A DNA stretch of 60,000 nucleotides from Mobula hypostoma (Eukaryota): positions 33,172,001 to 33,232,000 of the forward strand of contig NC_086108.1 of NCBI RefSeq assembly GCF_963921235.1. Direction: 5' to 3'. Both the position numbers and the translations under genes were made by a program. Each line of letters starts with the position of its first letter. Within the stretch, counting starts at the first letter, position 1. Positions 51,592 to 60,000 of the stretch are shown here, in pieces. The notes below the pieces were generated by a model. The model was not told the origin of the DNA. It saw only the letters and a program-made list of their open reading frames with translations, and made no database searches.

Positions 51592-51751
51592 CTGGGTGAT
51601 CAAAGTTAAACTGACCCTTCATTGCTTTTCCTTTCTGTTCAGGCGTCAGGACTCTATAAAAGCTGTCTTGGCTCACGATAACCACCTGGCGTTTGTGATG
51701 GTCGATCTCATTTTGACCAAGTAGCTGGACTATTTTCGTACAAACTGAAGA
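51592..51751 (-). CDS. UCK2: Uridine-cytidine kinase 2, exon 2 (160 bp)
   Basis: gtag|TCTTCA...CCAG|gtatgt; '[53 protein letters not shown]', with the catalytic D62 equivalent. Not in the ORF track. Confidence 0.96.
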
Positions 51752-53029
51752 CTACCTCAGAGAGAGAAAAAATGTGATACGTAAGGCTGTGATTACTATA
51801 TTGGGGCCTTCCCTAACCCTCACCAGAGTAGATTTCCAGTCCAAAATCCTTGGTATTGAGCTGCATTCAGATCAAAATTAAATTTGGAATTAAGTCAATG
51901 GTGTTTACTTATCTGATGTAGTTTTTAAAATAAAAATTTGTTACAATATTTAAGTAAATTATTCTGAAACAATACAAAGTTTAAAAACTTTTACATGGAG
52001 TTTTGATTTATCAGGTTTGTTAACATTTGGAAATATTTTTCAAAGAGTCGCTTGCTTCATAAACCTATCATTTCAGAATGGAGATTTTCTGTTGCATTTC
52101 CTGGAAGAAATTCACATAACAGAAAAATTACCAAGCACTGTGATGAACTAATCTTAGCATTTTCCACTCTAGTACAAGCAAAAGCTATCAACCATACACA
52201 ACAAAAACCACTAGAACTAATTCTTCTTTCATTCTCTGAACTCATTTTACATCTGAGGCAGAGTGGAGTCATTATCAACAATAGACTTAACAATACAAGG
52301 CCTATCACTGCTGAAACACAGTTATGTCTATTAAAAGTTAAGCAATTTTGTTTTTTATTTTTGAAAGAAATGCGACTGAACAATTTGCAGTCACTGTGAT
52401 TTCAATAAAGTGAATGTGTAGTATTTTCCCATCAGTCATTGCCAGGCACTTGTCACCCTACCATCAGAATTTGATTTATTATATGTCATGTAATTTGCTA
52501 TCATGCACCAGCAGTACAGTGCAAAGGCATTCAGTACTAGAGTGCCTACGACTTCTGCACAGAACTGTATTTGTCAACGTGGAGCATTGCAGGAGGGGCG
52601 TGGAACTGGTAGCAGAGAAAGAGTGCCAGGGGTGGGGTGTGGTGTGGGTGCAGACAAGGTCACCAGGCAAGGTCATTTGAACAATTGGTTTATTGATCAT
52701 TTGCAGAATGTTCTCTGGTGCTTCCCTCTCCCTCCCTTTTCCCAACCATGATTCCCCTCTCCCAGCCTCCTTAGCACTCTCAATCCACAATAGAAACCCA
52801 ACCAGAATCAGATTTATCATCACTCTGATATGTCATGAACTTTTTGTGGCAGCTGTACAGTGCAATACATAAAATTACTACAGGACTGTGTAACATCTAG
52901 GCACTCTAAGTATGGATATTTGTGTCCATAGATTATAAAGAGAGAATATAATTATTCAAAATTTAAGGATGGTTTAATTTATGTTTATAATTGTTTTTAA
53001 GATATGGGAGAAGGTGGGGAATGACTGAT

Positions 53030-55300
53030 TAGACCATTAAGACTTTAACACCACAAAATATAGGAACAGAATTGGGCCATTTTGTCCATGGAGTCTGCTC
53101 CACCATTTCATTATGACTGATCCATTTCCTTCTCAGTCCCAATCTCCTGCCTTCTCCCCGTAACCATTCATGCCCTGACTAATCAAGAGTCTATCAGCCT
53201 CTGCCTTAAATACACCCCAATGACTTGGCATCCACAACCGCCTGTGGCAACAAATTCCACAGATTCACCACTCTCTGGCTAAAGAAATTCCCCCTCACCT
53301 CTGTTCTAAATGGATATCCCTCTATTCTGAGGCCGTGTCCTCTGGTCTTAGGCTCCCCCACTATAGAAAAGATCCTCTACACATCCAAGCTATCGAGGGC
53401 TTTCACCTTTAGATGAGTTTCAATGAGAGCCCCCCCTCCCCCGCCCCCAGAGAGTACAGGCCCAGAGCCATCAAATCTCCTCATAAATCAACCCTTTCAA
53501 TCCTGGAATCATTTTCGTGAACCTCCTCTGAACCCTCTCCAATGTCAGCACAATCTTTCTTAGATAAAGTGCCCGAAACTGCTCTCAATATCCAAGTGAA
53601 GCTGTACATTAAGCCTGAACATTAAGCCTGCCCATTACATCCTTGTGTTTATATTCTGGTCCTCACAAAATGAATGCTAACGTTCCTAGAGGGGAAGCCT
53701 TTTAGGACCGAGATTAGGAAAAACTTCTTCACACAGAGAGTGGTGAATCTGTGGAATTCTCTGCCACGGGAAACTGTTGAGGCCAGTTCATTGGCTGTGT
53801 TTAAGAGGGAGTTAGATATGGCCCTTGTGGCTACAGGGGTCGGGGGTATGGAGGGAAGGCTGGGGCGGGGTTCTGAGTTGGATGATCGGCCATGATCATA
53901 ATAAATGGCGGTGCAGGCTCGAAGGGCCGAATGGCCTACTCCTGCACCTATTTTCTATGTTTCTATGTTGTATTTCCCTCCTTACCACAGATTCAACCTG
54001 CAAAGTACCCTTTAGAGAATCCTGCATGAGGACTCCCAAGTACCTTTGCATCTCAGATTTTTAACTGTTCTCCCCCTTTACAAAAATAGTCTACGCTTTT
54101 ATTTTTTCCACCAAAGTGCATGACCATATATTTCCCAACTCTGTATTCCATCTACCTCTTCTTTGCCTATTCCCCAATCTGTCCAAGTCCTTCTACAGCC
54201 TCTCTGCTTCCTCAACACTACCTGCCCCTCCACCTATCTTTGTATCATCCGCAAACTTGGCCACAAAGCCAACAATTCTGTTATCCAAATTATTGACATA
54301 CAAGGTAAAAAGAATCAGTCCCAACACAGACCCCTGTGGAACACTAGATACCAGAAGCCAACCAGAAAAGGCTCCCTTTGTTCCCATTGTTTGCTTCCTG
54401 CCAATCAGCCAATGCTCTGTCTATGTTAGCATCCTACCTGTAAATGCATGGCTCTTAACTTGTTATGCAGTCTTGTCAAAGGCCTTCAAAAATCCAAGTA
54501 CACAACATTCACCGATTCTCCTTTGTCTTTCCTGCTTGTTATTTCTTCAAAGAATTCCAACAGATTTATCAGGCAAGATTTTCCTATGAGGAAACAATGC
54601 TGACTATGGCCTATTTTATCACGTGCTTCCAAGTACCCTGAGACCTCATCCTAACAATCAACTCCAATATGCTTCCAACCACTGAGGTCAGGTTAACTAA
54701 CTTATTTTCCTTTCTTCTGCATTTCTTCCTTCTTGAAGATTGGAATGACATTTGCAATTTTCCATTCCTCGGGAATGATGCCAGAATCAATCGATTCTTT
54801 AAAGATCATTACTAATGCCTCCACAATCTTTTCCAGAACCCTAAAGTGTAGACCATGTAGTCCAGGTGATTTATCTACCCTCAGACCTTTCAGCTTCCCA
54901 AGCATCTTTTCCCTAGTAATGGCAACTTCACTCACTTCTGCCTCCTGACACGCTTAATCTTCTGGCATACTGTGAGTGTCTTCCACAGTGAAGACTGATG
55001 CAAAAATACTTATTCAGGTCATCGACCAATTCCTTGTCCCCCATTACTACCTCTCCAGCAACATTTTCCAGTATCTACTCTCGCTCCTCTTTCATACCTT
55101 ATATCACAAGAAACTTTTGCTATCTTCTTTAATATTATTGTCTAGCTTACGTTCGCATTCTATCTTTTCCCTTATTATGACTTGCTTTCTGCTGGTTTTT
55201 AAAGCTTCCCAATCTTCTAACTTCCCACTAATTTTTGCTCTATTACAATATATGCCCACTCTTTGGCTTTGACTTCCCTTGGCAGCCATGGTTGCATCAT
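53030..55300 (-). mobile_element. Decayed CR1 LINE, 3' part (continues at 59568-60000)
   Basis: Minus-strand 'VPQGSVLG...AKFADDTKIGG', 'VDKSPG', 'EEWKIANVIPIFKK'. Confidence 0.88.
53685..53966 (+). mobile_element. Short CR1 3' end nested in the minus-strand CR1
   Basis: 'FRTEIRKNFFTQRVVNLWNSLP'; (TTTCTATG)n tail; host sequence resumes after it. Confidence 0.8.
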
Positions 55301-55302
55301 CT

Positions 55303-58300
55303 GGCCTGTGGAAAGCTGCCAGTGAGTGAGTGGGCCAGTGAAGGAGTGGAACTTTGAGGCTTTGACTCGACAGATTCTGGCAGTTGGTCTGTGCAATCAA
55401 GATTTGAATAGATCAGTAGAAAACCGTTGATTAGGCAATCAACATTTGAATAGCTCAGACTCAGCAGAAAGCAGCTGATTGGGCAATCGAGGTCAGGTGA
55501 CCAAGCATTTTGAAAACCTCAAACCGATAAATAGAGGGTAGCTCAAACGAAGCGGCCTGTGGAAAGCGGCCAGTGAAGGAGTGGAACCTTGAGGCTTTGA
55601 CGAGAAGAGGCGGAGGACAAGCTTGATCACAGTTAGTCTTTACAATGCCTCCTGAGATGGTGATGTGCCTCTCATGTGAGATGTGGCAGTCTTGGGGGAA
55701 CGCCCCTCTCCCGCAGAGTCACATCTGCCAGAAGTGCATACGGCTGGGAGATCTGGATGACCATGTAAGGAATCTGGAGCAGCAGCTTGATGACCTTTGA
55801 CTCATAAGGGAGAATGAGGCAGTCATAGATGAGAGCTACAGGGAGGTAGTCACACCTAGGCTGTCGGAAGCAGGTCATTGGTGACAGTCAGGGGAGGGAA
55901 AGCGAAGGTGAGCAGACAGATAGTGCAGAGCACCCCTGTCGCCATTCCCCTGAATAATAAGTTTACCATCCTGGATACTGTTGGCGGGGACGACCGACCA
56001 GGTGTGAGCAACGGTGGCAGGGCCTCCGGCACTGAGTCTGACCCGGTGATGCAGAAGGGTGGGACGGAGAAGAGGAGAGCTGTCGTCATTGGAGACTCTG
56101 TAGTCAGGGGAGCAGACAGGAGATTTTGTGGATGTGAGAAGGACACCCGCATGGTTTCTGCCTCCCGGGTGCCAGGGTCCGGGATGTCTCTGACCGAGTG
56201 CACGACATCCTGGTACGAGAGGGAAAGCAACCAGAAGTCGTGATACACGTTGGTACCAACGACATAGGAAGGAAGAGGGTTGAGATCCTCAAGTGTGAGT
56301 TTCAGGAACTAGGCAGAAGGCTGAAGAAAAGGACCTCAAGGGTGGCATTCTCAGGATTGCTGCCAGTGCTACGTGATTGTAAGAATTGGAGGAGATGGCA
56401 GTTGAATGCGTGGCTGAGGAGTTGGTGCAGGGAGCAGGGTTTTAGATTTTTGGACCATTGGGATCTCTTCTGGGAAAGGGGGGACCTGTACAGATTGGAT
56501 GGGTTGCACCTGAACTCAAGGAGGAGCAATATCCTTGGAGGTAGATTTGCTAGCATGGTTTGGGAGGGTTTAAACCAATTTGCAAGGGGGATGGGACCCA
56601 GAGCGATAGAGCAGTGAAAGAAGTGAATGGAGTAAAGCCAGATCTAACATGTAGAGAGGCTTTGAGGAAAGAGAAGCAGAATAAAGAGTGTAAAGGTAGT
56701 AAGGTAGAAGGGCTGAAGTGTGTGTAATTCAATGCAAGAAGCATCAGGAACAAAGGTGATGAACTGATAGCTTGGATACATACATGTAATTATGATGTAG
56801 TGGCCATTATAGAGACTTGGCTGGCACCAGGGCAGGAATGGATTCTTGATATTCCTGGATTTCAGTGCTTTAAAAGCGATAGAGAGGGGGGAAAAGGGGA
56901 AGAGGGTTGGCATTACTGGTCAGGGATACTATTACAGCTACAGAAAGGGTGGGTAATGTAGCAGGATCCTCTTCTGAGTCAGTATGGGTGGAAGTCAGGA
57001 ACAGGAAGGGAGCAGTTACTCTGTTGGGGGTATTCTATAGGCCCCCTGGTAGCAGCAGAGATACAGAGGAGCAGATTGGGAGGCAGATTTTGGAAAGGTG
57101 CAAAAATAACAGGGTTGTTATCATGAGTGACTTTAACTTCCCTAAAATTGATTAGCACCTGAATAGTTCCAAGCGTTTAGATGGGGCAGAGTTTGTTAAA
57201 TGTGCCCAGGACGGATTCCTGTCACAGTATGTGGACAGGCCGACTAGGGGGAATGCCATACTGGATCTAGTATTAGGTAATGAACCGGGTCAGGTCACAG
57301 ATCTCTCAGTAGGTGAGCATCTGGGGGACAGTGACCACCGCTCCCTGGCCTTTAGCATTATCATGGAAAAGAACAGAATCAGAGAGGACAGGAAAATTTT
57401 TAATTGGGGAAGGGCAAATTATGAGGCTATAAGGCTAGAACTTGCGGGTGTGAATTGGGATGATCTTTTTGCAGGGTAATGTACTATGGACACTATGGAC
57501 ATGTGGTCGATGTTTAGAGATCTCTTGCGGGATGTAAGGGATAAATTTGACCCAGTGAGGAAGATAAAGAATGGTAGGGTGAAGGAACCATGGGTGACAA
57601 GTGAGGTGGAAAATCTAGTCAGGTGGAAGAAGGCAGCATACACGAGGTTTAGGAAGCAAAGATCAGATGTGTCTATTGAGGAATATAGGGAAGCAAGAAA
57701 GGAGCTTAAGAAGGGGCTGAGAAGAGTAAGAAGGGGCTGAGAAGAGTAAGAAGGGGGCATGAGAAGGCCTTGGCGAGTAGGGTAAAGGAAAACCCCAAGG
57801 CATTCTTCAATTATGTGAACAAAAAAAGGATGACAGGAGTGAAGGTAGGACCGATTAGAGATAAAGGTGGGAAGATGTGCCTGGAGGCTGTGGAAGTGAG
57901 CAAGGTCCTCAATGAATACTTCTCTTCGGTATTCACCAATGAGAGAGAACTTGATGATGGTGAGGACAATATGAGTGAGGTTGATGTTCTGGAGCATGTT
58001 GATATTAAGGGAGAGGAGGTGTTGGAGTTGTTAAAATACATTAGCACGGATAAGTCCCCGGGGCCTGATGGAATATTCCCCAGGCTGCTCCACGAGGCGA
58101 GGGAAGAGATCGCTGAGCCTCTGGCGAGGATCTTTATGTCCTCGTTGTCGACGGGAATGGTACCAAATGTTGTCCCCTTGTTCAAAAAAGGTAGTAGGGA
58201 TAGTCCGGGTAATTATAGACCAGTGAGCCTTACGTCTGTGGTGGGAAAGCTGTTGGAAAAGATTCTTAGAGATAGAATCTCTGGGCATTTAGAGAATCAT

Positions 58301-59567
58301 GGTCTGATCAGGGACAGTCAGCATGGCTTTGTGAAGGGCAGATCGTGTCTAACAAGCCTGATAGAGTTCTTTGAGGTGACCAGGTATATAGATGAGGATA
58401 GTGCAGTGGATGTGATCTATATGGATTTTAGTAAGGCATTTGCCAAGTTCCACACGGTAGGCTTATTCAGAAAGTCAGAAGGCATGGGATTCAGGGAAGT
58501 TTGGCCAGGTGGATTCAGAATTGGCTTGCCTGCAGAAGGCAGAGGGTCATGGTGGAGGGAGTACATTCAGACTGGAGGATTGTGACTAGTGGTGCCCCAC
58601 AAGGATCTGTTCTGGGACCTCTACTTTTCATGATTTTTATTAACGACCTGGATGTGGGGATAGAAGGGTGGGTTGGCAAGTTTGTAGACAACACAAAGGT
58701 TGGTGGTGGTGTAGATAGTTTAGAGGATTGTCGAAGATTGCAGAGAGACATTGATAGGATGCAGAAGTGGGCTGAGAAATGGCAGATGGAGGTCAACCCG
58801 GAGAAGTGTGAGGTGGTACAGTTTGGAAGGACAAACTCCAAGGCAGAGTACAAAGTAAGTGGCAGGATACATGGTAGTGTAGAGGAGCAGAGGGATCTGG
58901 GGATACATGTCCACAGATCCCTCAAAGTTGCCTCACAGGTGGATAGGGTAGTTAAGAAAGCTTATGGGGTGTCAACTTTCACAAGTCGAGGGATAGAGTT
59001 TAAGAGTCGCGATGTAATGATACAGCTCTATAAAACTCTGGTTAGGCCACACTTGGAGTACTGTGTCCAGTTCTGGTCGTCTCACTATAGGAAGGATGTG
59101 GAAGCATTGGAAAGGGTACAGAGGAGATTTACCAGGATGCTGCCTGGTTTAGAGAGTATGCATTATGATCAGAGATTAAGGGAGCTAGGGCTGTACTCTT
59201 TGGAGAGGAGGAGGATGAGAGGAGACATGATAGAGGTGTACAAGATAATAAGAGGAATAGATAGAGTGGATAATCAGCACCTCTTCCCCAGGCACCACTG
59301 CTCAATACAAGAGGACATGGCTTTAAGGTAATGGGTGGGAAGTTCAAGGGGGATACTAGAGGAAGGTTTTTTACTCAGAGTGGTTGGTGCATGGAATGCA
59401 CTGCCTGAGTCAGTAGAGGAGGCAGATACACTAGTGAAGTTTAAGAGACTACTAGACAGGTATATGGAGGAATTTAAGGTGGGAGGTTATATGGGAGGCA
59501 GGGTCTGAGGGTCGGCACAACATTGTGGGCCGAAGGGCCTGTACTGTGCTGTACTATTCTATTTATT
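55303..59567 (+). mobile_element. Full-length CR1 LINE (5' UTR, zinc-finger/SGNH-esterase ORF1, APE-RT ORF2), inactivated
   Basis: ORF1 from ATG ~55645: 'CLSCEMW...HICQKC', 'VIGDSVVRG', 'HVGTNDIG', 'DGLHLN'. ORF2 fragments run to 59331+. A 20-bp tandem duplication lies at 57707-57746. Tail tattctat. Confidence 0.93.
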
Positions 59568-60000
59568 TAATCCTGCCTTTAGAATACTACTTTCTGGGAT
59601 GCATCGATCCTGCATCTTTTAAATATTCCCATAAGCTCCAGCCATTGCCACTCTGTCGTCATCCCTGCTAGTGTCTCCTACCGATCAACATTGGTCAGCT
59701 CTTCTCTCATGCCTCTGTAATTGCCTTTACTCCACAGCATCACTGATACATCCGACTTTAGCTTCTCCTTTTCAAATTGCATCATATCATATTATGATCA
59801 CTGCTCCTCAAAGGTTTCTTTATCTTAAGCTCTTTAATCAATTCCAGTTCATTGCAAACACCCAATCCAGAAGACCTGATCCCTTAGTGGGCTCAACCAC
59901 AAAGTGTTCTTAAAAAGCCACCTTGTAGGTATTCTACAAATTTACAAATTCCCCTTCCTGGGATCCAGCACCAACCTGGCTCTCCCAATATACCAACATA
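59568..60000 (-). mobile_element. Continuation of the minus-strand CR1
   Basis: Reverse complement matches the CR1 ORF2 endonuclease/linker seen at 31700-32130 and joins 55300. Confidence 0.8.

Noticed and set aside
24391..51751. Assignment as UCK1 or as a processed pseudogene
   Set aside because: Diagnostic residues ([19 protein letters not shown] tail) are UCK2-type, and introns, phases and the reading frame are intact.
51752..51760. Second AG 4 nt upstream of the exon 2 acceptor (ctgag-gtag)
   Set aside because: GAG is a weak acceptor and its use would shift the frame; the TAG acceptor gives the expected 160-bp exon.
52000..60000. UCK2 exon 1 (IGVSGGTASGK P-loop)
   Set aside because: Not found in the window; the region is LINE-filled, so exon 1 presumably lies beyond position 60000.
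25500..60000. Antisense orientation bias of intronic LINEs
   Set aside because: Most large LINEs are antisense to UCK2, but there are sense exceptions and too few elements to test; it is also a well-known pattern.
1..60000. CRISPR arrays, tRNA/rRNA genes, prokaryotic systems
   Set aside because: None seen; the tRNA-complementary 18-mers are retroelement primer-binding sites.

Overview
Repeat-rich vertebrate genomic DNA. The repeat spectrum (esterase-ORF1 CR1, Rex1/Babar, Penelope-like elements, a fish-type ERV) suggests a cartilaginous fish, but that is an inference. The only host gene I can support is UCK2 (uridine-cytidine kinase 2) on the minus strand. Coding exons 2-7 are at 51751-51592, 51503-51407, 45729-45587, 37946-37849, 27166-27118 and 24527-24391, all with GT-AG introns. 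Exon 1 is presumably beyond the right edge. The rest is mostly nested transposable elements: a hAT transposon interrupted by a Penelope fragment and a young CR1; an internally eroded Gmr1-type Gypsy element (tRNA-Pro PBS, 4-bp TSD); a deleted class I ERV (tRNA-Ser PBS) that keeps an intact integrase and sits inside a hAT-type element carrying a Tigger fragment; several CR1 and Rex LINEs; and Tigger/Tc1 elements. The most striking structure is a ~1.2-kb near-perfect palindrome of Penelope-like 3' ends with a TSD, starting ~150 nt after the UCK2 stop codon. Each arm carries a minimal hammerhead-ribozyme motif, and two more such motifs occur elsewhere in the window.
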